A stretch of 64,000 nt of DNA, from positions 186,001-250,000 of the forward strand of contig MU008184.1 in assembly GCA_010909165.1 (NCBI GenBank), in the 5' to 3' direction. Made by a program: the position numbers and the translations under genes. The stretch comes from Anthoceros angustus (taxonomy: Eukaryota > Plantae > Anthocerotophyta). Each line of letters starts with the position of its first letter. Positions within the stretch are counted from its first letter, which is position 1. The notes beneath the pieces were generated by a model. The model ran no database searches. It was given only the letters and a program-made list of their open reading frames with translations, and was not told the origin of the DNA. Positions 45,388 through 56,529 of the stretch are shown in pieces.

Positions 45388-47823
45388 GTGACGGCTAGAA
45401 CCGTGAGCATGTTATGTCAGCAGGGGAAGCTTTCTGAGGCCGTCGGAGCCCTGGAATCTCTGGCGCAGACAGGCTCTGCCATTTCTCAGTCTCTGTTTTA
45501 CACTGTGCTCAAACTGTGTACAGCTAAGAAGGATTTGGTCGTGGGTCGACGAGTTCATGATCTCAGTGTCAAACTTGGGTACGAGTCGAATGCATACTTG
45601 GGGAACCATATCCTGCGCATGTATGCTTGCGGAGGTAGGCTAGAGGAGGCCATGGATGTGCTCACCAGGGTGGGCAAACCAGATGCCTTCATGTGGTCTT
45701 CCATAATCTCCGCATACACGAAGCATGGGAAACCTAATGAGGCCGTACAACTGTACCATGAGATGCGTAGGTCAGGAGTGCAGGTGGATGCTCACGTCTT
45801 TGTAGCTGCCCTTAAAGCGTGTGCATTGGCTGCCGACTTGGAATCTGGCAGGCAAGTGCACTGTGATGTGTTGCACAGTGGCGTTCCTCCTGACTTGTTT
45901 CTTGCCACCTGCCTGGTAGACATGTATGCAAAATGTGGTGAACTGAAAGATGCACGCCAGGTTTTTGACAGCATGGCCACGAAGGACGTGGTGATGTGGA
46001 ATGCCCTGATATCTGGGTATGCACAGCAAGGACTTGGCCAGGAGGCGCTTTTTTTGTATGGACAAATCGAGGAAGACGGCCTCATTATGGCTGACCATTT
46101 TACTTTTTCTTGTCTTCTGAAGGCCTGCGCGAGCACTGGTGCCTTACAAAAAGGCAGGCAGCTGCACTCACAGATTGTGGACAGAGGACTGCTGCATAAC
46201 GTAGTTGTGGGCAACTGCCTGGTGGACATGTATGCAAAATGTGGTGAACTGGAAGCTGCACGCCGGGTTTTTGAAAGCTTGGCCACAAAGGATGTGGTGA
46301 CATGGAATGCCCTGATTGCTGGGTATGCACAGCAAGGACTTGGACATGAGGCGCTTGTTGTGTATGAACAAATGGAGCAAGAAGGCCTGATTTTGGCTAA
46401 CCATGTTACTTTTGCTTGCCTTCTGAAGGCCTGTGCAAGCACTGGTGCCTTACAGAAGGGCAGGCAGCTGCACTCACAGATTGTCGAAAGAGGACTGCTG
46501 GATGACGTACTGGTGGGCACCTGCCTGGTGGACATGTATGCAAAATGTGGTGAACTGGAAGATGCACGCCAGGTTTTTGACAGCATGGCCACAAAGGATG
46601 TGGTGACATGGAATGCTCTGATATCTGGGTATGCACAGCAAGGACTAGGCCAGGAGGCGCTTGTTTTGTATGGACAAATCGAGCAAGACGGCCTCATTTT
46701 GGCTGACCATTTTACTTTTGCTTGCCTTCTCAAGGCCTGTGGGAGCACTGGTGCCTTACAGATGGGTAGGGAGCTGCACTCACAGATTGTCGACAGAGGA
46801 CTGCAGGATAATGTAGTGCTGGGCACCTGCGTGGTGGACATGTATGCAAAATGTGGTGAACTGAAAGCTGCGCGCCAGGTTTTTGACAGCATGAACACAA
46901 AGAATGTGGTGACATGGAATGCCCTGATATCTGGGTATGGTACTTGTGATGATGGTCACAAGGCACTAGCTTGTTTTGAGGAGATGTTAGCTGCCGGTGT
47001 TCAGCCTGATGATGCAACTTTTACTTGCCTTTTGGTAGCATGTAGTCATGAGGGACTGGTCCACGAGGGGCGCAAGCACTTTGATTCCATGGCTGAACAG
47101 CATGGCATCAAACCCACTATTGAGCATTACAACTGCATGATTGATCTTCTTGGGCGTGCAGGCCATTTAGATGAGGCAGAGAAGATACTTTTATCATGTG
47201 AGGGCCAATGTAATGTTGTGGGCTTGACGTCTTTGTTGAATGCCTGCAAAAGTCACGGGGATATAGAGAAGGCGATGTGGTGTTTTGAAAGCATTGTTAG
47301 GTTGGACCCTCAAAGGGCGTCGTCTGCGTATGTGCTTATGGCCAATGTCTACGCAGATGCAGGTATGTGGAGCGATGTAGACAGGATTGAAACACAGAGA
47401 ATGGTAGCAGGAGCTAACAAGAAACCTGCAGTGGCGACCATTGAGGTGAAGAAGCAGGTACATACGTTTTCGGTGGGAGAACGAAGAGATGATATTGCAT
47501 TAAAGGTAGAGAGCATGAATGCACGTCTGAAGCAGGAAGGAGGTCATGTACCTCACACAAAGTTGGTGTTGAAGCCACTGTCCGAGAAGGAAAAGGAAGA
47601 TGCGCTTTGTGGGCATGCTGAGAAGCTAGCTCTGGCGTTTGGTCTCTTGAACACTCCAAGTGGGACACCTCTGGTGGTAACGAAGAACCTACGCATGTGC
47701 AGTGACTGCCACAGTTCCACAGAGATCATGTCAAGGCTTGAAGAGAGGGACATTGTTGTAAGGGATGGGTACCGTGTGCATCGATTTGCAAATGGTTGTT
47801 GCAGTTGTAAGGGTCGACCCTGA
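45388..47823 (+). CDS. PLS-class PPR protein with E domains and a DYW:KP (GRP-type) deaminase-like domain; candidate U-to-C RNA editing factor
   Basis: Intact 811-codon ORF; PLS triplets; KKPAVATIEV in place of the PG box; HAEKLA; NLRMCSDCH; C-terminal CSCKGRP. Confidence 0.95.
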   Translation: MTARTVSMLCQQGKLSEAVGALESLAQTGSAISQSLFYTVLKLCTAKKDLVVGRRVHDLSVKLGYESNAYLGNHILRMYACGGRLEEAMDVLTRVGKPDAFMWSSIISAYTKHGKPNEAVQLYHEMRRSGVQVDAHVFVAALKACALAADLESGRQVHCDVLHSGVPPDLFLATCLVDMYAKCGELKDARQVFDSMATKDVVMWNALISGYAQQGLGQEALFLYGQIEEDGLIMADHFTFSCLLKACASTGALQKGRQLHSQIVDRGLLHNVVVGNCLVDMYAKCGELEAARRVFESLATKDVVTWNALIAGYAQQGLGHEALVVYEQMEQEGLILANHVTFACLLKACASTGALQKGRQLHSQIVERGLLDDVLVGTCLVDMYAKCGELEDARQVFDSMATKDVVTWNALISGYAQQGLGQEALVLYGQIEQDGLILADHFTFACLLKACGSTGALQMGRELHSQIVDRGLQDNVVLGTCVVDMYAKCGELKAARQVFDSMNTKNVVTWNALISGYGTCDDGHKALACFEEMLAAGVQPDDATFTCLLVACSHEGLVHEGRKHFDSMAEQHGIKPTIEHYNCMIDLLGRAGHLDEAEKILLSCEGQCNVVGLTSLLNACKSHGDIEKAMWCFESIVRLDPQRASSAYVLMANVYADAGMWSDVDRIETQRMVAGANKKPAVATIEVKKQVHTFSVGERRDDIALKVESMNARLKQEGGHVPHTKLVLKPLSEKEKEDALCGHAEKLALAFGLLNTPSGTPLVVTKNLRMCSDCHSSTEIMSRLEERDIVVRDGYRVHRFANGCCSCKGRP

Positions 47824-47849
47824 CGAGAAAAATGTACGGCATCCAGAGA

Positions 47850-48700
47850 GCCATGTTCTGGGACCTGGCGCTGTCCAACGAAGCGGTCCACATGGGCTCG
47901 TGTCGGGTACGTGATCGTCGAACCTCTCCCCGAAGGACAGGTCCTGCCGCGTCACCTAGTTGTGAAATTCACCTCCAGAGATGTGGCCCAGGAACTGCTG
48001 TCAGACAAAATGAAAGCCTTGGTGAAGGAGAAAACCCACATCTTCTTGCAAGATGTGGAGTACCAGATCTGGAGGAGCCGACCCAAGCCGGTAGGCAAAC
48101 CCATATATGGGCAAGAAGCGGGTCCAATTTCCATCATCTAGGTCACCTCAGGTGACCTAGATGATGGACATCGGACCTAGATGTGACCCAGAATTGGCAC
48201 CAAGCTGGTGCCAATTCCCTCTCCAGGGACACTACGCAAGGTGGGAGGAAGGCAGGGCATGTTCGAGAGGATTTTAACCTGAAGGCCTTGCAGGCAGAGT
48301 CTGAAGCTGCTGGTGCAAACGGAAAGCAGAAATCAAGGATGGGGGCTGCTGCCATGGAGGAGATGTTGATGTATGAGGATGTCAAGGTGCAGAAGGATAG
48401 AAGCATCAACACTCTCGGCCTGAATACCATCGATGAGTGCAACGACATAATGCCGGTGTGGGTAGATGAAGGAGGCGTACAGCCAAAGCCGGAAGCACCC
48501 AGATCAGCAGCGCCTGGGCGACAGCCACTTCCTGTGCTGGCAGTTGGTTGAGAAATTCGGGGCCTCCGGCCACGGGAGAATTTCAGCTACAACGGGGAAG
48601 CATAAAGGGCTGCGGCAACGCCGAAGGATAGAAGAAATTCTCAGGGCCTCTGGTTGCTGGTAGGATAGGGAGCGACCTAGGGATGTCGGGCAGGAGAGTG
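47850..48700 (+). pseudogene. Possible LINE ORF1-like remnant
   Basis: LPRHLVVKFTSRDVAQELL resembles the L1 ORF1 PRxIxVKF motif; the frames are fragmented. Confidence 0.3.
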
Positions 48701-48829
48701 AAGAGGAGCAGCAGTGGCCGCGATGTGGGCCCGTCATTCGGCCTGCATCTGTTCTCAGATTTACGATGACAGAGAGATATCGGAGGATCACGAGCTGGTG
48801 GTGGATCGTGTAGATCCGGGTATCGGAGG

Positions 48830-50540
48830 GTGGCACCGACCTAATAAGATCGCGTTGGGCTGCTGGATGATTTGCATACATCGAACTGCTTGTAACGCAT
48901 TCTGGCACCCGGTATGCAACATAGCTGTAGCCATATGCGATGACACTTACACGAGCTTCATCATGCTATTTCACCCGGAGTATCTCTTCATACAAAGGCA
49001 CAAGCTATAAGCTACACTTCCAGGTTTCTTTCCTCCGCGTATCCGTAGGGGTCCTCAGAACACTCCCATTAATCACCTGGGAGGGAGATGGGGGTTGTGG
49101 TGTTCTTTGAATCGCCTATGACTGAGGTATACCTCGGTAGGAGTGGCCTCTCTCAAGAAGTCGATGGGTAAGGGTTTGGCTTATCAGACTACTGATGGTG
49201 GATGCTTTTAGACCCCTGATGGTGGATCTTTGACTATTTTACCATTTGGTTTTATCCGTCCACATTCTGATATTGCCTTCTTGAGCCTCTTTTCTCAAGA
49301 AGCCCATGGGTAGGGGTTTCGCTTATTGGACTCCTGATGGTGGAGTTACGATTACTTTGCAATGTAGTTTTATCCGTCGATATTCTTATTGCCTTTCTGG
49401 AGTCTTGTGCAAGGAAGGGAATTTGTTGCCTTGTTGGAGTCTTGTGCAAGGAAGGGGACCGAATATTATAGCAGGCTATGGGTGTGATTTTCCAATATTG
49501 TATATGTCTGGTGGTATTTATATTTCTTGTGTGCGTAAGATGCCAGCCATTCTACACTACAATTCCGGTATATCATCACGCCTTCTTTTTGTTATATGCT
49601 GAAGTGGATGAGTTGGTATCCTTTCGTCTTGTAAAGTGATTGTGTGGACAAGGGAAAACTTAAGCAAACAATTCGAGATGTTCTCTGCGGAAAAGGAGTT
49701 GTCACATTTAATACTAGATTGCTTTGCAAAGTTATGTCGGAGGTTATATCCTCCCTTGCAAGGGAGGATTGTGAGATCATCCTAAAACCACTAACAAAGC
49801 TTTGTGAAATAGTCCAGTATGAAATGTGACAAATCCTTTTTCATACACAAGGTCCCGAACTCTTGGCATAAGAATGAGATCCTTTTCTGTATATGACATC
49901 TTGTTTGAGAACGTTTCCCTTGTTCGTCAGGAGTTGAATAGTGAAACCCTTACCCATTGACTTCTGTCTCAATGTTCATCTGGAGCTGAACAAACGAAAC
50001 CCTTACCCATTGGCCTCTTTCTCAATGTTCATATAGAGTTGAATAAGTGAAACCCTTATCCATTGGCTTCTTGAGAAAAAGGCCACTCCAACGGATAATA
50101 CATACTCACAGGCTGAATCAAAGAACACCAAATTCCATCTTTCTCCCAGCTGGGAGTGTTTTGAGAACATCTATGACTACAGGGAGGAAAAAAACCTGGA
50201 AATGCAAATCAACATAATCTTTTGAGATATTTGAAAGTGTACATCGAAGTCCCGTTGGAAGTTTGAATGTTTGTCTTTTGAATGTCTTAGGGGTTGAATT
50301 TGTGAAACCGGCCTTACTCCGTAAAAGTAGGTACTTCAAACATAGCTTATAGCTTGTGCCTTTGTATGATGAAACACCGATCATGCCTTGTTGAAATATC
50401 ATGATGAAGCTCATGTGAGTGTCATCGCAACGATGGCTAGAGCTCTGTTGCACACCGGGTGCCAGAATGCGTTACAGGCAGTTCAATGTATGCAAATCAG
50501 CCAGCAGCCCAACGCGATCTCGTTAGGTTTGTGCCACCGC
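48830..50540. repeat. Long imperfect inverted repeat (arms ~48830-49190 and ~50045-50540)
   Basis: GATCGCGTTGGGCTGCTGG...CATACAAAGGCACAAGCTATAAGCTA is the reverse complement of ~50343-50520; 49060-49180 pairs with ~50045-50165. Confidence 0.85.
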
Positions 50541-51957
50541 TTTCATCTTATCCTGATTGCCGATTTTTGAGGCATTTCGCAGCTGTGAATGATGGAATGC
50601 ACGACACATTTCCTCGGCACGCATTGCTACTTCTTCTGCTGATGGATAGCTGAACTAAAAGTCTGAAACAGTCTCTGGCTGGGGTTGCAGTGAAGAGGTG
50701 GAGTTTGCTGGATGGGACCAAAGGGAGGGCATCCACGGATTGCAGGCGTCAGGGAAGTGGTGGCAGAGCAGTGGCTGTTGTGGCTGGTTCCAATCAGAGC
50801 TCCGTGGAGGTGAGTGTGCCCAATGGGGCGGGGCGTTGGCGTGGAGATGGTCTTGAGGCGGTTGGTGAGTGAGTGTGGCCTCTTGTTTCACAGGATTTCG
50901 GTGCGGGAAAATCCCCAACCAGAAAGGGCAGGAAAAGGATATCCAAAAAAAAGCTACAAAATCTCATCACTGTGGAAAGGAGTGACAGCAAGTGGGCAGA
51001 AGCGTGGGAGACGCAGCAAGCCACGACATTGGAAGACCTTGGTCTTACAGAGATGGCTATTGCTCCGCCTGCGAGAGGATTAGACAAGCCTAGAGTTGAC
51101 GTTGTTGTTGTGGACCTGGCTGTGAGCAAGGTGGACGTTGTTCATGCACTTCTTGACCTCCATCGTCTCCGTTCCATCCCATTGCTTTGTTTTGACAATG
51201 CACGATGCTGTGAGATGTCTGTCAGGCAGGTTGGGGATTCTTCATCAAGGGCAGAGTTCACTGCTCAGTTCTCAGACGTTGTGACCGGTGCTTCTGCAAG
51301 TACTCTTCCCTGGTATCGACAACTGTGCGCACTCGTGCGCAGTATCTTATGTCTTGGTCTTTGCAGAGTATCATGGGTCTGAGTTGGGAGGTGTTTTTGT
51401 AGGTGGACAGTCCCTTTCAAGTCTGGCTGTCCCCGACAAAAGACGAGTGTGAACACTCTCAGCAACCAGGGGAAGACAATGACGACTCCACGGTATGCAG
51501 GGCAAAGGGATCCCTTCCGCGCAACCAGTCCTCGAGTTGAGGAGTAACCCATGAAGGAACTGTGCATGTTCATCCAGGTTGTATACTTCCCTGTTGGAGA
51601 AGAAACCGCCGATTTAACACCCATAGTACGGGACACCATCCGCCTCAGCCAATTCTCTAAGGTAGTATACTCCCCTCGTCTCAAACCTTCAGAGTTGAAG
51701 TGTCTGAATCTGAGACTGGATGGCGATGTATTTGCAGGCAATCTGCTCAGAAGACTGTAGACTCGTTGGAGCCCGGAAGTGGGAGAGTAAGCAGTCCCTC
51801 CCTCCTTTCATGCTTACCTGTTGGTGATTGTTCTTGAGTCGAAACGGTGTCGATATAATCTGATGCGCTGAAAAACTTGGCAGTCGGTGTAGAAGAGACA
51901 ACCGTGGATACAAGATGGTCACCGCTCCTGGCAGCCCTCCGTAATCCTGAAAGATAG
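50433..51957 (+). CDS. DUF177/YceD-family chloroplast large-subunit rRNA accumulation protein (multi-exon)
   Basis: Spliced exons give WAEAWETQQATTLEDLGL, GWGFFIKGRVHCSVLRRCDRCF, ADLTPIVRDTIRL, AICSEDC and DTRWSPLL...stop at 51955-51957; the start exon is inferred. Confidence 0.75.
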
Positions 51958-52262
51958 GGCATTCGATACTATCTATTGTCGACGAGGCCTGCTGTAAACT
52001 TGACTGAAAAATTCACATCACTGGCCCCCAAACCACACCCTTAGAAAGAAAGGAACTTCTCCTCAAGACCATCGGATGTCGTCAGCACAATGTGTGACAC
52101 TAGACTACGTGCACGCCCTTCAATATGACGAGGCACTGAGAGTGCAATTTCGTTGTCATGATAAAGTCTTGTTTATTTGGTAATGATAAAGAAGACCTCA
52201 AGGCTTCCTTTGCTTCAAGCAAGGTCCAACGGAATAGATACAGCCACTGTACAGCACGCCTG

Positions 52263-53700
52263 TCATTCCTCTTCGTCTGAAATCTCATCTGACGAGTTGT
52301 AAAACTCATCATCCGAATCAGATGCTGTTTCCCAAGGATATGAGCTGGCATCTTGGGCGTCTTCATCAGAGAATGCTGAAACTTCCGAGACCCTAGTAGG
52401 CACATTGTAGCTCAAATCCTCGGTTCTACCAAACCTTTCCTTCAGCCTGATCTCGACTGCATCCCTGTCATCTAGAAACTCATCGTCAAGCAGCTCCTTA
52501 GCAAGAGCATCTTCATTAGCCCATTGCTCATAGTCCTCATTGGCCTGTAGCCGTGCCCGGCCTGAAGATACATCATCCCACGAAAACCACATGTCTGAAG
52601 AGCTTTTCAAAGTTTTCGTGTCCCCCACCACAACAGTCCGCAGCTTCTGATACCGAGCCATCTTCAGTATGTCTCCAAAATCCGAATCATCAGACACGAG
52701 GCATATACACCTCACACCCTGCCTGAAGGACTGAAGCATGTGCCGCTTCAGAGCGATATCTGCAGCCTGCAGTCAAGTTCCGTCACCACTCAGCCGAAGA
52801 ACGTTGTGCACAGTCCAGCAGGAAAAGAAAAAAGGGGGATGAGAATACTTACCTGTGGTTGGTCCTGCACAGTTCTCACAAAAACACCAGCCCTCCTAAG
52901 CTCCGTTGCCAGTCCGTAGCCCACCTTGGGCATGATAATACCTCGAGCAGCATCCTTGTACCGAACCTCCCTATCTGCATGTTTCTCCCGAAACTTAACC
53001 CGCTTCTTCCCCTTCAATTGGTCCAATCGACTTAGTCTCTTGTTCCGTTCCCGCTCGTGCAGCTGTTTGAAGTGCTTCTTCAGAAGCAGGTTGTTCCTGC
53101 ATTTTCTCCCACACAGGGAACAGACATAGGGGTCTGCCACCTGCACCAACCCCTTCACTTCTAGCTGATCAAGCCTCTTCCGTTCCCTCCTCTCCTCCCT
53201 CACCCATTCCGGAACAAAACTAAACGCGTGCCGATTCGCATACGCTACAACATCCACCACCTCCCCGAACCCTGCAACACCCAACAACTCGGTTACCAAC
53301 CCACAAAAACATCCCCAACGCCCACCCCACCCTTCCCTTCACAGCAGCATGAGCATACCAGACGCCAAATTCGTCAGATGCAGAGCAGCATTGTAAGGCG
53401 GTATGTTCTTGGGAGGCTTGTTGTCCAGATCCCAAAACACAGCCACTTGTCGCGGCATGAACGCAGCAGCAGACTGTTCCGGCTCCTGTGCCTCGGCTCC
53501 GACTCCGGATCTCAGCACGTGCTCTTCCTTCAAACTATTTGCAGCATCTCCGGAACCGGCTGCAGACAGTCGACAGCTCACTCGGAAGAAGGCCCTCAGC
53601 CGTCTCCGTTGCAGTTGCAGATGAGCACAATTTAACGTCCTGTGATCGGCCCCGCATTGCTGCGGTATGGCCACAACATGAGGCATTCGGCAGGCCATTG
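52263..53700 (-). CDS. NYN-like domain and C2H2 zinc-finger protein (3 exons, likely organellar)
   Basis: VAVFWDLDNKPP; YVCSLCGRK...HFKQLH; ICLVSDDSDF; acidic tail; GT-AG introns near 53271-53359 and 52768-52852. Confidence 0.85.
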
Positions 53701-54023
53701 CATGCAATTCCGATTCTCAGAAACATCGCAGAAGGTAACACGTGCGCACCTACAGGCGTTGGTGTAATTAGGGATTGGCGTTTTTCAGTGGAAGGGGGAA
53801 CGTGCATAGCAGCTTCCCGCTTTCGTGTGATTTCAAAGCTTGAAAGCGGAGCGACGAGGCAGTGGTGAGAGTGATGGTGTTGAGATCGCCGCGTGCGGCG
53901 AGGGAGGGTTCGGTGTTGCGGGTGGCTAGGGCTTGGAGCTGCGAGATGAGATGAATCTTCCGGGAAGGGTCTGGGAGGTTTGAGCAGCTGGTGGTGCGCG
54001 GTGCGCTGCCAGGTTGGGGCGCA

Positions 54024-55844
54024 ATGGCGGCGGGAAGGGATGCGGCGGGACTTGAGCACGCATTCAAGCTGTGGCCTCCGAGCGAGAGCACTCGGTCCAA
54101 TTTGGTGGAGCGGATGTCGAGCAATCTGTGCACATTTTCCCTGGGCACCGACAGGTATGTGGCGCTGAGCCCGGAGGAGGCCCTGGAGCACGCCAAGAGG
54201 ATAGAGAACGAGGCCTTTGCGTTCGCGGAGCAAGAAGCGGCTGCGCAGAATGGGAGCAGCGATACCGCCGTCGTGCAGTTGTATGCGAAGCGGGCCAGCT
54301 CGCTCATGCTGGAGGCGGTCAAGTCGAAGCCTGTTGCGGGGGAGGATGGCAAGGTGGCCAAGTCTGGTGGTGTGGGCGGATTGGAAGGTCAGTCTAATGG
54401 CGTGGTTGTGCAGGTGGACAGGGCCACGGAGACGGAGGTTTTGTCTAACGGGCAGGCGCAGGTGCAGGCAGAGCCTGCTGGGCAGGCAGAGCCTGTTGTG
54501 CAGGCGAAGCCTGCTGTGCGGGAAGTCGGTGTTGCGGAGGTCAGTGGTGGAGAAGGCCCTACTGTTTTTAATGCGGCAGGGTCAGGGGAAAAGAGGGCGT
54601 TTGTGAAAGGAGACCAGGCACTGGAGGTGCTGAAACCCTTGACGGAGCCTGGGAATAGGTATTCCAGCATATGTTTTAGCAATCTCAGTTTCGACAGGGC
54701 AGCTGGAGAGGTTGCTGCCAAAGTTCTAGGAGCTATTAAGAGCCAGCTGGTGGATGTGAATCTGGCTGACATTGTGGCAGGGCAGCCGGAAGCCGATGCG
54801 CTGGCGGTTATGGGTATGCTGTCTGATGCTCTGGCAGGGAGTGAACTCAGGTCACTCAACGTGTCGGACAATGCTTTGGGGGAGAAGGGGGTTCGGGCTT
54901 TTGGTTCTCTTCTCAAGTCGCAGAGGTCTCTGCAGGAGATTTATTTCATGAACAATGGAATCTCAGAGTATGCTGCCAAGGCTATCTGTGAGCTCATCCC
55001 GGTGTACGAGAAGCTGAGGAAGGTCCATTTCCACAATAACATGACTGGTGATGAAGGGGGGTTGATTCTCGCCGAGCTTGTGAGTGGTGCATGTCGCCTT
55101 GAAGACTTCAAATTTTCTTCCACCAGGTTGAGCATCGAGGGTGGGATAGCCCTGGTCGAAGCTCTCCAGTCTGGCCGGAGTCTCGTGAAGCTGGACTTGA
55201 GAGATAATATGTTTGGTCCGGAAGGTGGTCTCGCTCTCTCCAAGACCTTGAGGTCTCATGCGGAGTTGCGCGAGGCGTACCTGAGTGAGCTGGCTTTGGA
55301 GGACCAGGGTGTGATCGCCATCACTGAAGCTCTGACCTCCACAGCCCCTAATCTCGCAGTGTTGGAACTGAGCAGTAATGAGATCACTCACAAGTCAGCA
55401 AACTCTCTGGCTAGTTGTATTTCAAGCAAGAGACACCTTATTAGACTGAACCTTGCAGAGAACGAGCTGAAGGACAAGGGAGCAGTGATCATCTGTAAGG
55501 CTCTTCTCAATGGCAGTGAGAATTTCAAAGAGCTAGATCTCAGCACGAACTCTCTTCAAAGGGCCGGAGCGGTTGCAGCAGCTCAAGCTGTGGCTAACAA
55601 GCAGTATTTCAAGTCCCTGAATTTGGATGGCAATCAAATTTCAGAGGCAGGGATATCAGCCCTGCGTGACGAGCTGGCAAAGGGCGTCTCGGGAGTGTCA
55701 GTGCTTGGTTCCTTGGACGAGAATGAGGAAGAGGAAGCGGAGGATGGTGAGGATGCTGAAGGTGTAGATGCAGATGACTCGGAGGACCACGCAGAAGAAG
55801 ACGGCGTCCTGGAGAGCCAGATGAGTGGTCTGGGTGTGAACTAG
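54024..55844 (+). CDS. RANGAP: Plant RAN GTPase-activating protein (WPP domain, LRRs, acidic tail), intronless
   Basis: FKLWPPSESTR; LNVSDNALGEKGVRAF; FHNNMTGDEG; LDLRDNMFG; D/E-rich C-terminus. Confidence 0.96.
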   Translation: MAAGRDAAGLEHAFKLWPPSESTRSNLVERMSSNLCTFSLGTDRYVALSPEEALEHAKRIENEAFAFAEQEAAAQNGSSDTAVVQLYAKRASSLMLEAVKSKPVAGEDGKVAKSGGVGGLEGQSNGVVVQVDRATETEVLSNGQAQVQAEPAGQAEPVVQAKPAVREVGVAEVSGGEGPTVFNAAGSGEKRAFVKGDQALEVLKPLTEPGNRYSSICFSNLSFDRAAGEVAAKVLGAIKSQLVDVNLADIVAGQPEADALAVMGMLSDALAGSELRSLNVSDNALGEKGVRAFGSLLKSQRSLQEIYFMNNGISEYAAKAICELIPVYEKLRKVHFHNNMTGDEGGLILAELVSGACRLEDFKFSSTRLSIEGGIALVEALQSGRSLVKLDLRDNMFGPEGGLALSKTLRSHAELREAYLSELALEDQGVIAITEALTSTAPNLAVLELSSNEITHKSANSLASCISSKRHLIRLNLAENELKDKGAVIICKALLNGSENFKELDLSTNSLQRAGAVAAAQAVANKQYFKSLNLDGNQISEAGISALRDELAKGVSGVSVLGSLDENEEEEAEDGEDAEGVDADDSEDHAEEDGVLESQMSGLGVN

Positions 55845-56529
55845 TGGAGGTTTTGCTCATGCACATTTGTCGTGAGTTACATTGATATCCCCTGGGACAA
55901 CTAAGTTAAATGCTTATGCAGTGTCTATGCGCCGAAAATACACGTCAAGTCTTGAAGGTTCGTTTGAGAGCACTATGGTTAAACGTTCACTGGCACTAAA
56001 GTTAGTCTAGTGTTGAGCAGTAGTGACAAAGGAGAGTTGGTGTTTTCCTCGGGCAGCTTGTCATCACAATGCGTATCAGAATTAGAATTCTGAAGACCCT
56101 CAAACTTGAAATTCCTCCATGAATCCTGAACAAATACTCAGCATAGATACTCTTGTTTGTATTGTATCTTTATGCTTGGCTCAAATTGAGCAATTCTTGT
56201 GTGGCTTTTACAAAGGTCTTCAGCTCTAAGAAGCTTCATTGTTGGGTTACACACCCTATCCCTCTAACCATCCAACACCCTGGATCCCTCTGGATCCCTC
56301 TAGACCATCGACAACCTGGGTCATTCAAAACCTAAAAGTGTTTAGTTATAAGTTCCTAAGAAACCACACCTAAGGGTGTTTGATTTCAAGTTCCTGAGAA
56401 TCTATATGTTTTTTCCATTTTTTAATTCTTAAGTAATTATATCAATATCATTTAAACCAATTCACAAAGTGTAATATAGGTTTTTTATTTTTTATTATAT
56501 ATTATATATTAAATAAATTCAAACCAATG

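Noticed and set aside
45792-46898. 368-aa minus-strand repetitive ORF, and similar ORFs at 27698-29140
   Set aside because: Antisense shadows of the PPR triplet repeats.
51265-51962. Minus-strand ORFs of 158 and 71 aa
   Set aside because: Antisense to the spliced DUF177/YceD gene on the plus strand.
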